In this document: positions 54,357-64,000 of the stretch, piece after piece
Layout of the letters: each line of letters opens with the position of its first letter
How positions within the stretch are numbered: position 1 is the first letter of the stretch
Origin: a virus
Taxonomy: Duplodnaviria > Caudoviricetes
Virus record (IMG/VR): IMGVR_UViG_3300031784_000006
Reading direction: 5' to 3' (one strand)
DNA: 64,000 bases
Notes under the pieces: generated by a model
Databases searched by the model: none
What the model was told of the DNA's origin: nothing
Seen by the model: only the letters and a program-made list of their open reading frames with translations
Translations under genes and position numbers: made by a program

Positions 54357-54777
54357 TTTGAGTTTGCTGCTTTAAAAGTTTTGCTAACTCGGCAGTAGAT
54401 CCAACAAAAAGAGCGTTGTTAACTGTAGTGGGTCCTTTACCAACCTTTTCTTCTTCAATATCTTTGAGTTTCTTTTGAAGATCCATTAACTTATCCGTAG
54501 CATCCGCGACATTCTTAATCAGTTGTCCGGCAACCTCATAAGCTCTTGGCATTTCACTTTCTTGAGCCAATTCTAAAATTCCGTTAATTGCCTCTTGACC
54601 TTTTTCTATAATAGAATAAAGATTTCCTCTTGTATATTCATAATCTTTTTTAACATCATCCATTGCTGAGGATATCTTCTCAAATTTTTCAATTTCGGAT
54701 TTATTGTCGATAGGAACTATTTCCCCATCTACATTAAAAGCATCATTTAACTTATCGAATTTTTTTGTCATTTTCAT
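54343..54777 (-). CDS. gp16: Terminase small subunit
   Basis: DYEYTRGNLY, PRAYEVAGQL, NNALFVGSTAEL. Confidence 0.95.
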   Translation of the reverse strand: MKMTKKFDKLNDAFNVDGEIVPIDNKSEIEKFEKISSAMDDVKKDYEYTRGNLYSIIEKGQEAINGILELAQESEMPRAYEVAGQLIKNVADATDKLMDLQKKLKDIEEEKVGKGPTTVNNALFVGSTAELAKLLKQQTQNEDI

Positions 54778-55775
54778 GCTATACTACCACTAAATCCAAA
54801 ATCATCACCTTGCTCTATTAGATCATCATCTGCGGCAGTAATTGATTTTACTGGAGCACCTGCCAAGTGAGAAGTTATGGTTGTATTATCCTTACCCCTT
54901 TCAACAGTTATTGTGTTACCGGACTTAGACTTAATGTATAACTCCTCACCCTCAAGATCGATATAAGTATCGACGGTAATTGTAGATGCATTATTTACTT
55001 CAATAACAAGGTCCTCAACTCCAATATCGTTGGTTATGTTTGTTAGAACAATTCCAGTATAATTTTTGATCGCTCTAGGTTCGGCAGAATACACCACATC
55101 TCTAGATGGAGTTGTTGTATATCCTCCAGCAACATATCCAACCGAAGATTTTTTGATAATATCCCTGGTTGCAGAAGAAAGTGGTCCGAAGAGATAAGTT
55201 TTTGCGGTGAATCTTAGAGTATAAATTAAAACTCTTCTTGTATTAAAATCTCCCTCATAATCATCTTGCATTGTGATATTCTCAAGAACTACTGGAATAT
55301 CCCTCTTTTCATTAATAGTATCAACCAAATTAACTGTCATAGTATATGCTGGTTGAAAGTATGGTAGAATTTGTTCTACAATTTGAAGAGCATCATCATT
55401 AAGTTTTGACATAATACTCAATTCAAATTGCATATTATATGGAACTGGTAAATATCCCTTTTTAATTTCACTACCATCCTGTGTAGACTTCTCTGTAAAA
55501 TATTGAGTTGTTGTTGATTTTCTACTTGAATCGTATGTCAGGCCAGTAAATTCAAAAGACATTCTGGGTAATGTAATTTGAACCGGTTTATTTAAATTTG
55601 GCGATTGATTTAATCTTGCTAGAAACTTTTGGGTTGGGCCATATGCCAGAGGAACTTTAATTATACTGACTACTTGATCCGAATTATTTGTATGCCTGAT
55701 TTCTATATTATTAAATAAAGAACCAAAAGAAACAACAGTTCTTCTTAATATTTCGTGGTAAAAGTATTCAAACAT
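54774..55775 (-). CDS. gp15: Tail sheath stabilizer/completion protein
   Basis: FGSLFNNI, KVPLAYGP, LPRMSFE, EQILPYFQP. Confidence 0.95.
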   Translation of the reverse strand: MFEYFYHEILRRTVVSFGSLFNNIEIRHTNNSDQVVSIIKVPLAYGPTQKFLARLNQSPNLNKPVQITLPRMSFEFTGLTYDSSRKSTTTQYFTEKSTQDGSEIKKGYLPVPYNMQFELSIMSKLNDDALQIVEQILPYFQPAYTMTVNLVDTINEKRDIPVVLENITMQDDYEGDFNTRRVLIYTLRFTAKTYLFGPLSSATRDIIKKSSVGYVAGGYTTTPSRDVVYSAEPRAIKNYTGIVLTNITNDIGVEDLVIEVNNASTITVDTYIDLEGEELYIKSKSGNTITVERGKDNTTITSHLAGAPVKSITAADDDLIEQGDDFGFSGSIA

Positions 55776-55822
55776 GACACTAATTTATTGTATTACTATT
55801 TAACAATTCTATTGAAGACTAT

Positions 55823-57238
55823 TTATGGCATACCAAATGGATTTACTTCGCTAAAATCTATTATTTGATCTGCTTCATCTTCAATTTCATTATTTGCAGC
55901 GTAACCATCATCTGCAATTCTGACATAATCATCAACGGTTTTTAAGTAGTATGATGCGCTGGATGCGGCCCCAACTATATTTTCTCCAACTACAAATTTA
56001 CCAGTAATCTGAGATACTTGAAGAACTCTAGTAATTGAGTTCCACGATTTCACTCTTGCAGTTGTGCTGCTTGATGAACCAACAACAACTTCGTTTAAAA
56101 CAAAGTTTCCGGAAGATGTTAAAATTGGATTACCTATCGTGATTGTGGGTGCAACAGTATATCCAGCTCCCGCATTAGTAATACGAATTGAAGTAATTGA
56201 ACCACCTGCCGAAACAACGGCTGTTGCTGCTGCAGATACTGTAGAAACCCCCGTAAAAGTAATAGTCGGTGGGGTTACATATCCAGAACCACTATTAGTT
56301 ACAGTAATTACTCCAACTACACCATTTCCTATGGATGCAATACCAGTAGATCCTTTACCTCCCCCACCAATAAATCTAACTCCGGGTGCAACTGTATACC
56401 CAAATCCTGGGTTTGTAATTTCAACACTTTGAACTGATGATGTATTTGGGGAAACATTCTGATTGCACACAACAATATTATCAATCATTATTGCAATTGC
56501 CGATGCAGTTCTTCCTGATGGTGATGATGATATTCCAACAGTTGGGGTACTAGTATATCCCCCCCCTCTGTTAGTAACTTGAATATATCTAACTCCACCA
56601 TTAACTACTGATGCCAATGCGGTTGCAGTGGCTCCTGCACCAACCATTGTTAAATTAAACACATTTCCAATAGGATTTTTATCACCATCAACTGAATCAG
56701 TGCCACTAACAAGATCGTCTATTTCATCAATATCAGTGTCAATAAGTTCATCCTCATATCTAAACAGTTCGCACTTAAGTTGATATGTATAAAGACCTTG
56801 AAGTTGATAAAATGGTTTTTCGTGCTCTACAAATTTAATTTCAAATAATCTATTACCAAGAGGAAAATAAATTAAATCACCCTCTTTTGGTCTTGATGAT
56901 AATTTGATATTTGTTTGGTTTTGAATAAGTGGCGAAATATAGTTTTTAAATCTTTCTCTAGATATAATTAAATTAATCTCGTTTAGAGATTGAATTCCAA
57001 ACTTTGAAAGAATAGTCGTATTATCACCATATCCTTCATAGTTGTCTATGTAAGCCTCTATTGGATATGCATTATTAAATTCTGATTCTATAACTTCTCT
57101 AATGACAGTTTTTTCTGTGATAAAACTTCTTGGAATATAGTGAACGTCAATTCCATACATTCTAAGTTGTTCGTTAATCAAATCTTGAATAAGTCCTTGC
57201 TCCGATTTTGAGCCTTGTTGAAAAAATGGGTTTAACAT
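55823..57238 (-). CDS. gp14: Neck protein
   Basis: NEQLRMYG..V.YIP, PKEGDLIYFP, FEIKFVEHE, FSEVNPFG. Confidence 0.95.
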   Translation of the reverse strand: MLNPFFQQGSKSEQGLIQDLINEQLRMYGIDVHYIPRSFITEKTVIREVIESEFNNAYPIEAYIDNYEGYGDNTTILSKFGIQSLNEINLIISRERFKNYISPLIQNQTNIKLSSRPKEGDLIYFPLGNRLFEIKFVEHEKPFYQLQGLYTYQLKCELFRYEDELIDTDIDEIDDLVSGTDSVDGDKNPIGNVFNLTMVGAGATATALASVVNGGVRYIQVTNRGGGYTSTPTVGISSSPSGRTASAIAIMIDNIVVCNQNVSPNTSSVQSVEITNPGFGYTVAPGVRFIGGGGKGSTGIASIGNGVVGVITVTNSGSGYVTPPTITFTGVSTVSAAATAVVSAGGSITSIRITNAGAGYTVAPTITIGNPILTSSGNFVLNEVVVGSSSSTTARVKSWNSITRVLQVSQITGKFVVGENIVGAASSASYYLKTVDDYVRIADDGYAANNEIEDEADQIIDFSEVNPFGMP

Positions 57239-57241
57239 ATC

Positions 57242-58096
57242 TTATCCAATCATATCAAATGGGGGAAGTTCGTATGTATTCGACATTTTTTCCATCAAAA
57301 TATCAATTTCTCTTTGGGCATCTTCATACATCTGTCTTCCATTCAATTCGACTCCACCTGGGAGCTTAACGCCAGTAAATTTCATCATATTTTGACCCCA
57401 CTGTTTTTTAATTAATGAGGTTAGGTATGGTTTTAAGAAAGAATCATTCCAAACTCTTGAATAATCATTTGGATCTAAAGTTGAGTAACAATCAATAATG
57501 ATAAACTCACCTTCTCTAACCGATGACCAATCAATATCTAAATATAATCTATCTTGCCTTTTGTTGAATCTTATTTGCTTCTGAGTGTTTAGTAAAAAAT
57601 CCAAGTCTTCCAAGTAAGTTTTAACCATTGCATAACTTAATAACTCAACTGCACCCCAATAATAAACATCGTTTAAAAATAATTGATATTTCACACTAAA
57701 CATATTGTTAGTTATAGTGTTTGCACCATCAAAAGTAAAAATTTTATTAATACCAATTACATTGGGTGGAACTTGAAGATAATTGCTATTTTCATAATAA
57801 TTGAAAGTTGCTGAAGTTCCCGAAATATTTGTTGTTACACTAGTGCTTGCTATACCAACACCATTTTCTATTCCACCAGAGTGACCTGCCCTTCCTCTAT
57901 CTATGTCATTTTGAGTTAATTTGTATTTGTAAAAAGTTGGATATACTCCATCAAAATGTCTTTCTTGAAAAAACTGAATTGCATCATCAACTAAATCTTC
58001 AATTTGCTCATCAGCAACATTAATCTCTAAAACTGGCGCTCCCAGTTTTCTTTTACAATAATCTATCAATTCTTGTCTGGTAGATGGTTGCGCCAT
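57242..58096 (-). CDS. gp13: Neck protein
   Basis: RKLGAPVLEINV, KKQWGQNMMKF.GVKLPGGVELNG. Confidence 0.96.
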   Translation of the reverse strand: MAQPSTRQELIDYCKRKLGAPVLEINVADEQIEDLVDDAIQFFQERHFDGVYPTFYKYKLTQNDIDRGRAGHSGGIENGVGIASTSVTTNISGTSATFNYYENSNYLQVPPNVIGINKIFTFDGANTITNNMFSVKYQLFLNDVYYWGAVELLSYAMVKTYLEDLDFLLNTQKQIRFNKRQDRLYLDIDWSSVREGEFIIIDCYSTLDPNDYSRVWNDSFLKPYLTSLIKKQWGQNMMKFTGVKLPGGVELNGRQMYEDAQREIDILMEKMSNTYELPPFDMIG

Positions 58097-58128
58097 TATT
58101 CAATCTTTTTTAAATATTTATGAATGTC

Positions 58129-58296
58129 TTAACCCCACTTAGATACAACTTCTTGTTGTTTCAAATATAATTTTATGTACGCTTTTGAGTATTGTCTTAG
58201 GGTTTCTAAATCTTGAATAGTATCAATATCCCTTGCCAACTTTTCATATTCAAACATCTTGTTAATATCGTCTAAAACTATTTTATTTGGATCCAT
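58129..58296 (-). CDS. Small helical protein (55 aa), possible NblA-like phycobilisome degradation adaptor
   Basis: MDPNKIVLDDINKMFEYEKLARDIDTIQDLETLRQYSKAYIKLYLKQQEVVSKWG*; not in the ORF track. Confidence 0.45.
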   Translation of the reverse strand: MDPNKIVLDDINKMFEYEKLARDIDTIQDLETLRQYSKAYIKLYLKQQEVVSKWG

Positions 58297-58510
58297 CAAT
58301 CAAACTCCTAAGTAAATTTTTGATATCATCTAAATCATTTTTTATATCTCCAACATCATTTTCTAATTTTTTTACTCTATTTGATTCATTTTCTTTTATC
58401 TTTTTTAATTTCATGTAGTTATTATATTCATTCATATCTAAATTTAAAATAGCTTGGCTGTTTGGATCCCTTATTAAATTGTTATGATCCTTTACTTTTA
58501 TGTAATCCAT
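58283..58510 (-). CDS. Small hypothetical protein with C-terminal coiled coil
   Basis: IKVKDHNNLIRDPNSQAILN...DIKNLL. Confidence 0.8.
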   Translation of the reverse strand: MDYIKVKDHNNLIRDPNSQAILNLDMNEYNNYMKLKKIKENESNRVKKLENDVGDIKNDLDDIKNLLRSLIDGSK

Positions 58511-58511
58511 A

Positions 58512-61019
58512 TCATGCTAAACAAATAACTCTTAAGTCTTTTAATCTTGGTGGATACGCCTGATTTGTTCCCGCACCAATTAATTTAATACTAAGATATT
58601 TAAATGCTGGAAGATTTGAAATAGTAAATTCATGATCTGTAAAAGACAGTTCATTACTTTTGAATGCTAAAGATTTACTTTTTTCTATCTTATTATCGGA
58701 AGTTCCATCACTTAATGCTCTATACAAATCTGGGTCATCTGCACTGGATTCATTCGAATAACCAGGGAAAGGATAGTAAATCAATTCTTGATTTGGATCA
58801 TTTTTTATTGCATATAAGCATCTTAAATCACTATATTCATTAATATATGCAGCTACAATTACCTTTATAGAGGTTGCTGGAATTTCTAATTGTATTGGGT
58901 TTGTTGCATAAACAAAGGATGATGGGTCATCTTTTAAAGTGGAAACTCTATCATCTGCGGCATAATTTTGGATGGGATTATTAATTCTGTTGGTAACAAA
59001 AATCATCGATGCCCTATCTAAGTCAACTACCGGCGAAATAAACCTATTAGTAGTTTCCAAAAACATGTTCACTGTTAATGATTTATTGCCAAAGAATTCA
59101 TTATTGGATGATAAAAATTGCTGCTCATTTTCTTTTGAGCATATCAATCTTGGAGATTCAAAATAGTTAGTTTTATTTAAGTTTATTTCGTCAAATCCCT
59201 GATCATAAAAAGAAAATTCCAAACCATCTACACTTGTTCCAGATACAGTTCTTACTCTTGCAGAAATATCAGTTCCGTTGAGTGTTAATGTCTGAATAAC
59301 TGGTTTTGCTGATTCAAATTGTATATTTTGAGTCGCTGTAATTTTATCTCCACCGGTTATTTTTGTTTCATTAATGTATAACTTTGGAAAGGATGTACCA
59401 ACACTTCTATCTACTTGTCCTTGAGGTAATGGACTCGTATTTCCTCCCGATGAAGTGTCAACTTTAATATGATAATAATCAAAGTCTATGGAATCTGTAA
59501 TTGTAGAATCCTGTAGAGTATGTGTTTTATTGATTCTTCTTAAAGAAATTCCATTGAGTTCATACTTATAAACGGGAGCTCCTGCAGAATATGTGAAATT
59601 TCTAGTTTGATCTATTTGTCTTGTTATTCCTGTAAGAGTGTTTCCTGAAATCCCCTGATATGCAATAATTTCTCTACCAATTCGTATATAACCCGGATTA
59701 GTGCTACTAATTCCTACGTTTTCAAATGTATCAAATTTTGCTACAGAATCAACAACAATATTTCCCGTTGATGATGCACTATAATTTTGAGTTAACTTAA
59801 CTGGTTTGATATCCGGCAATACATCTCTTATTACGACATTATTTTCTTCGGCGTGCATTGCATGGTTCCTGTGGTTTACCTTTATATGCAATCCATCAGT
59901 TTCAGTATCAATTTCTCCATCTACAATCAAAACACCTCCGCCATTTATATCTGTTCGGATACCTGAACTATTGATATACTGTAGAGTATTTCCAATTCCA
60001 GTTACAAAGTCTCCCTGAACATTATCTAAAATTAATTCATTTATTCCAAAAAGATTTTGTACAGACATTAGTAAATTAATACCAATATCATCATTACCTA
60101 ACTGCGATATTGTGACAATATCTCCATCACTATAACCAGTTCCGCCACTGTTTATTGTTGCTGCTACTGCAACCCCATCAGTAATTGTTACATCAACTGT
60201 CCCATTCTTACCCTCACCGGTGATACTGGTTAATGCTATTCCCGTATATGTTAGACTACCCGATGATGGTGTGTATCCTATTCCGGGATTTACGATTGTT
60301 AAACTACCTGTAGCAATACCCGCAGAATCAACATAATTGCCAGAAGCATTACTTCCCTGCTGTACTATTGTATTTCCTAATTTTAAAATATTGTCTTGAA
60401 TTGTTGTACCTAAACCAACACGAATTCTCTTAGAATTAAATTCTAAGGGATTGGGTACTAATTCTGCAATCTGATTATTCGCTACGGTTAAATCTGGATT
60501 ATAAAAATTAAAATCACCAAAAGAAGATGTAAAGTTTGCTCTGTAAAGTGTAAACTTTAAATCTTCAAATCCACTTTCTGTCCAAGTTTCTCCATTTTGA
60601 GATTTAAATAATCCACCAGATAGTGGTTGCTTTGTTACCAATAATTGCTTTGATTCTAACCCAGCAAGTGTGGTAACATCTACTTCATTTAATCTAGAAA
60701 CCCAAAGACTATATGTTGGTAAGTTTGCCATAACAACTATGGCATGAAATTTTTTACCACTTAAGTATACTGGAGATGGAAAAACAACCCTCGTCGGTAA
60801 AGATGCATCATCCGATACTTGTATTTGTTTTGGATTTAATACAACCTCACTGAATGGATATACTTTTGGGGTAGGAACTCCCAATTCCATTGGTCTCAGT
60901 TGAACTGCTACTGGCAAAGACTTATCTTTTGCTGAAAAATATAAATCTACCGAAGTTATAAAAACTCCAGAGTCGTTATCAATATAAAAGGATTGAGCTA
61001 ATGGATTTACAACTTTCAT
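58512..61019 (-). CDS. DUF4815/VrlC-like virion protein, C-terminal segment
   Basis: Starts at NPLAQSF...FITSVDLYF, includes LFKSQNG.TW, EDLKFTLYRANF, SPVVD. Confidence 0.8.
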   Translation of the reverse strand: MKVVNPLAQSFYIDNDSGVFITSVDLYFSAKDKSLPVAVQLRPMELGVPTPKVYPFSEVVLNPKQIQVSDDASLPTRVVFPSPVYLSGKKFHAIVVMANLPTYSLWVSRLNEVDVTTLAGLESKQLLVTKQPLSGGLFKSQNGETWTESGFEDLKFTLYRANFTSSFGDFNFYNPDLTVANNQIAELVPNPLEFNSKRIRVGLGTTIQDNILKLGNTIVQQGSNASGNYVDSAGIATGSLTIVNPGIGYTPSSGSLTYTGIALTSITGEGKNGTVDVTITDGVAVAATINSGGTGYSDGDIVTISQLGNDDIGINLLMSVQNLFGINELILDNVQGDFVTGIGNTLQYINSSGIRTDINGGGVLIVDGEIDTETDGLHIKVNHRNHAMHAEENNVVIRDVLPDIKPVKLTQNYSASSTGNIVVDSVAKFDTFENVGISSTNPGYIRIGREIIAYQGISGNTLTGITRQIDQTRNFTYSAGAPVYKYELNGISLRRINKTHTLQDSTITDSIDFDYYHIKVDTSSGGNTSPLPQGQVDRSVGTSFPKLYINETKITGGDKITATQNIQFESAKPVIQTLTLNGTDISARVRTVSGTSVDGLEFSFYDQGFDEINLNKTNYFESPRLICSKENEQQFLSSNNEFFGNKSLTVNMFLETTNRFISPVVDLDRASMIFVTNRINNPIQNYAADDRVSTLKDDPSSFVYATNPIQLEIPATSIKVIVAAYINEYSDLRCLYAIKNDPNQELIYYPFPGYSNESSADDPDLYRALSDGTSDNKIEKSKSLAFKSNELSFTDHEFTISNLPAFKYLSIKLIGAGTNQAYPPRLKDLRVICLA

Positions 61020-61036
61020 TTTATTGAGACTTTTTA

Positions 61037-61291
61037 CTATTTATTTTCCTTTAATAGATCTATTTCTAATTTTAACTCTTTAACAGCTTCTATTAAAACC
61101 GGGATTAACTGTATATAGTCCACGGAAAAATATCCAGAGTCATCCACCATTACCATCTCAGGAAATTCTCTTTGAATTTCCTGAGCTATTACTCCATAGT
61201 CAAATCCACTTTTTCCACTCAAATCTTTCATTTTATCGTTCCACTCATAATATTTTCCATTTATATTTGATAATCTATCAAGATATTTCAT
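61037..61291 (-). CDS. Peptidase S74 intramolecular chaperone domain, C-terminal part, free-standing
   Basis: YEW...GVIAQEI...PEMV...VDYIQLIPVLIEAVKEL; lacks SDxRLK. Confidence 0.8.
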   Translation of the reverse strand: MKYLDRLSNINGKYYEWNDKMKDLSGKSGFDYGVIAQEIQREFPEMVMVDDSGYFSVDYIQLIPVLIEAVKELKLEIDLLKENK

Positions 61292-61294
61292 TTT

Positions 61295-62998
61295 TTAAAA
61301 GTTTATATTCATTAATCTTTGTAATGCATTATTTATAGAAATAATATTCTTCTTAAGGCGTATATCGCTCATTTTTCCGCCGCCGCCACCGCCACCACCG
61401 CCGCCACCACCGCCGCCGCCCATTCCACCACCACCACCACCGCCGCCGCCACCGCCACCACCGCCGCCACCACCGCCGCCGCCCATTCCACCACCACCAC
61501 CACCGCCGCCACCACCGCCGCCACCGCCACCGCCACCACCGCCGCCACCACCGCCGCCACCACCGCCGCCGCCGCCACCACCGCCGCCACCCATTCCACC
61601 GCCGCCACCACCGCCGCCAGAGGGAGCGCCACCGCCACCACCGCCCATTGGGGCACTACCGCCACCACCGCCGCCACCACCGCCGCCGCCGCCACCACCG
61701 CCGCCGCCCATTTGGCCTGCAGTTCCTCCACCAACTCTACTTCCTTCAACTGCCACTTTTGCCAAATTATTTCCTGGATTTGTTACTGTTTTTTGTCCAT
61801 GCTTAATATTGCCAGTTCCAACTTGTATATTTGCCGCCGATGCAAAATCACTGTTGTTTATCTTGTTAACAATTCTATTTTGAGCCTTTGCGCTCATATC
61901 TTTATCAATATTTTTAATTTCCTTCTTAGAAAGTCCTGCATCCTTAGCTAATTCTTTCAATCTACCAGCACCACCATCATAAAGTTGCTTTGTGCCATAG
62001 TTGTAGTAAATTGTTGTTGGTGCTGGTTTGGGTGTTGGTGTTGGTGTTGGTGTTGGTGTTGGTGTTGGTGTTGGTGTTGGTCCTGGTGTTGGTCCTGGTG
62101 TTGGTCCTGGTGTTGGTCCTGGTCCCGGTGTTGGAACTGGTGTTGGGTAATCTATTGGGAAATCAATAAATACATCTTCGTTTCCAGGTCCACCTATGAC
62201 ATTGATTACTTGAGTAATATTGGTTTCTACTCGAACTGGTCTAGTGACTATGACATTTTCTTGTACGGTATTTATTTTACCTTCGGCATGATAATTTTCT
62301 TCTGCTGCCGTTGTAAAAGTTCCAACAACTAGAGAATTGACTCTACTACTTGTAAGTCTGAAAGCTCTAACACCCGCTTCAAATGTGGGATTTGCATCTA
62401 CATTTGGGTTTGGAATAAAAAATGATCCAATAACAACCCCATCATCATTTGTCACTAGTCTTAAATCGGTGACTGTTGCCTCCGCTTTGGTTGTTGACCC
62501 CCTAAGTTTCATTCCAACAGCAATATAACCTAAAAAATCCGACGCCTTATCGGATAAACTATATGTGTCAACATTCAAAATGGTTGAAGTTGCTGAATAG
62601 TTAACAGGAATTGTTTGATTTTGATTGTATGGATTAATATCAAAAATATCTTCTGGATTTGTATAATCGCCATACTTATGATTTTGTACAGCAACTCTAA
62701 ATCTGCAACTTGGTAATTGTGGATTATCAAAAGAACCAACAACAGTTTCTCCGACCTGGAAAACTCCAGATGTCATTCTAATCTCAATTAGTTTTGGAAC
62801 AACAAATTTGCTAACATCAACTCCACCAAAAAAAGGATAAACTCTAGTAAGAGGTTTCATCCTTTTTGCAGTAAATTCAATGTTTCTAGACCTCATATAA
62901 GGTAATACTTTAGATGCTAGAACTCTATCGCCAAAAGATACCGTTTTTGACTGCGGTTCTTTTGGTGCGGTCATTGATGGTGGAGCTAAAGTAGTCAT
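61295..62998 (-). CDS. DUF4815/VrlC-like virion protein, middle segment with Pro-Thr and poly-Gly tail and S74 N-terminus
   Basis: [21 protein letters not shown]; ends [14 protein letters not shown]... Confidence 0.8.
   Translation of the reverse strand: MTTLAPPSMTAPKEPQSKTVSFGDRVLASKVLPYMRSRNIEFTAKRMKPLTRVYPFFGGVDVSKFVVPKLIEIRMTSGVFQVGETVVGSFDNPQLPSCRFRVAVQNHKYGDYTNPEDIFDINPYNQNQTIPVNYSATSTILNVDTYSLSDKASDFLGYIAVGMKLRGSTTKAEATVTDLRLVTNDDGVVIGSFFIPNPNVDANPTFEAGVRAFRLTSSRVNSLVVGTFTTAAEENYHAEGKINTVQENVIVTRPVRVETNITQVINVIGGPGNEDVFIDFPIDYPTPVPTPGPGPTPGPTPGPTPGPTPTPTPTPTPTPTPTPKPAPTTIYYNYGTKQLYDGGAGRLKELAKDAGLSKKEIKNIDKDMSAKAQNRIVNKINNSDFASAANIQVGTGNIKHGQKTVTNPGNNLAKVAVEGSRVGGGTAGQMGGGGGGGGGGGGGGGGGSAPMGGGGGGAPSGGGGGGGGMGGGGGGGGGGGGGGGGGGGGGGGGGGGGGGGGGGGMGGGGGGGGGGGGGGGGGGGGMGGGGGGGGGGGGGGGKMSDIRLKKNIISINNALQRLMNINF
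61376..61711 (-). repeat. About 110-codon GGN (poly-Gly with interspersed Met) trinucleotide tract
   Basis: (CCA/CCG)n on the plus strand; very GC-rich in an AT-rich genome. Confidence 0.95.
62031..62147 (-). repeat. Pro-Thr / Pro-Gly-Pro-Thr tandem repeats
   Basis: (GGTGTT)n and (GGTCCTGGTGTT)n on the plus strand. Confidence 0.95.
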
Positions 62999-63079
62999 TT
63001 TTTTCCTTATTTTATATTGTTGATATTTTTATTGAATTGTCCTATCTAAGTTATTATTTAGGACAAAACTGCATCAATG

Positions 63080-64000
63080 TTAAGAACGTTTTCCCATCCT
63101 TAAATTAGTTCCTGGTATTTTTGGAGCCCTATTTTGACCCATACCTGCCCCCATAATAGAGCCTGTATTATTTGTGGGTTTACTTAAGATATTTGGATCT
63201 TTAATTCTTGGTTTACCCTTGTCATCTCGTTTTACCTGACCTGTCCTAATATCTAAGAGTTTATCAACAGTTCCCATTTTACCTTTAAGGACCTGCTTAA
63301 CATATTTGTTATTGTCTTTTATTAGTTGACCTTCTTTTTTAGTTCTATCTTCTGGTCTGGTTGCTGGCAATGTTTTCATCGGTGGCATTACAAAAGAACT
63401 ATTTGCCCCATCTTTTGGTATTCTTGGAGCAACGGAGTGTGAACCCATGCCCATTCCACCACCGCCCATTCCACCACCGCCGCCACCGCCCATTCCACCA
63501 CCGCCGCCACCGCCACCCATGTTGGCGTTGATACCACCTTTAAGTTTTGAAGGAAGAGCGCAAGCTGAAACACCTGGACTTGATACTTTAGGTTTATTAA
63601 CTTTTGGAACAGTTTTTGGTGGAGCAGAACTAGCGGCAGTTTGAGCTGCATTAGGTGTTGAAGTGGTTGTTGCAGTGGGTTTAGTTTCTGCTTTTGGTGC
63701 ATTTGTTGTAGGTGGAGACCAAGTTTCATGAGAATTCCATGTCACTGGCGCTAAACCTGTCTGTTGATCATTTTGAGTAGTTCTTGTTTGTAAACTTGTC
63801 TCAGTAAATGCATCTCCAATTTCTACAGTGTTTGGTTTTACTCTTACCTGATCGACCCAAACATCAGATGATGGATATAGTTCTATAGTTCCTGTATAGA
63901 ACTCTTCTGCAAATGGATTGACATTAACAGATCTAGTTGCATATGGTTGATTAATTAATCTTACTTCATTGTAGTCTAAAGTAATAAGTTGGCCAGTTCT
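63080..64000 (-). CDS. DUF4815/VrlC-like virion protein, N-terminal segment (partial, continues beyond the window)
   Basis: Frame open from 64000: RTGQLITLDY...QPYATRSVNVNPF...GTIELYPSSDVWVD, then low-complexity Met-Gly tail; the track ORF starts at an internal GTG. Confidence 0.8.
   Translation of the reverse strand, partial: RTGQLITLDYNEVRLINQPYATRSVNVNPFAEEFYTGTIELYPSSDVWVDQVRVKPNTVEIGDAFTETSLQTRTTQNDQQTGLAPVTWNSHETWSPPTTNAPKAETKPTATTTSTPNAAQTAASSAPPKTVPKVNKPKVSSPGVSACALPSKLKGGINANMGGGGGGGGMGGGGGGGMGGGGMGMGSHSVAPRIPKDGANSSFVMPPMKTLPATRPEDRTKKEGQLIKDNNKYVKQVLKGKMGTVDKLLDIRTGQVKRDDKGKPRIKDPNILSKPTNNTGSIMGAGMGQNRAPKIPGTNLRMGKRS
63444..63520 (-). repeat. Met-poly-Gly tract
   Basis: [26 protein letters not shown]. 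Confidence 0.9.

Noticed and set aside
61376-62147. Possible CRISPR array or non-coding tandem repeat
   Set aside because: Triplet and hexamer repeats are in frame within a CDS, with no repeat-spacer structure.
61369-62332. ORFs 61369..61749 (-, Val/Ala runs) and 61985..62332 (+, WC repeats)
   Set aside because: Alternative-frame readings of the poly-Gly and Pro-Thr repeats of the real gene.

Overview
64 kb from a T4-like myovirus, most likely a cyanophage (inferred from hsp20, mazG, the CobS-like MoxR/vWA pair, a DUF3110-like gene, the tRNA array, gp55 and TATAAATA late promoters). Every credible gene is on the minus strand. By coordinate the window holds: an 11-tRNA array with structured non-tRNA inserts; lysozyme-like, denA-like and GIY-YIG homing endonuclease genes; nrdB-nrdA-primase; a block of late 'hypothetical' and putative internal-head proteins with an isolated tRNA-Ala; the replication module (mazG, gp41, uvsX, gp43, hsp20, regA, gp62, gp44, gp45, gp46/47, gp55, uvsW/Y); the head/tail module (gp3, 23, 22, 21, 20, 19, 18, 17, 16, 15, 14, 13); and a large DUF4815/VrlC-like virion protein that appears split into three separately promoted genes with poly-Gly tracts and a split S74 chaperone. 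Most notable: (1) a T3-SAMase-like SAM lyase and an HxGH nucleotidyltransferase both start with a T4 internal-protein-type capsid targeting sequence, which suggests a virion-delivered anti-defence kit; (2) a family of late cassettes sharing promoter, leader and protein termini; (3) tRNA-Thr with an A34 anticodon; (4) several candidate structured RNAs. All family assignments come from motif recognition by eye, with no database searches run.
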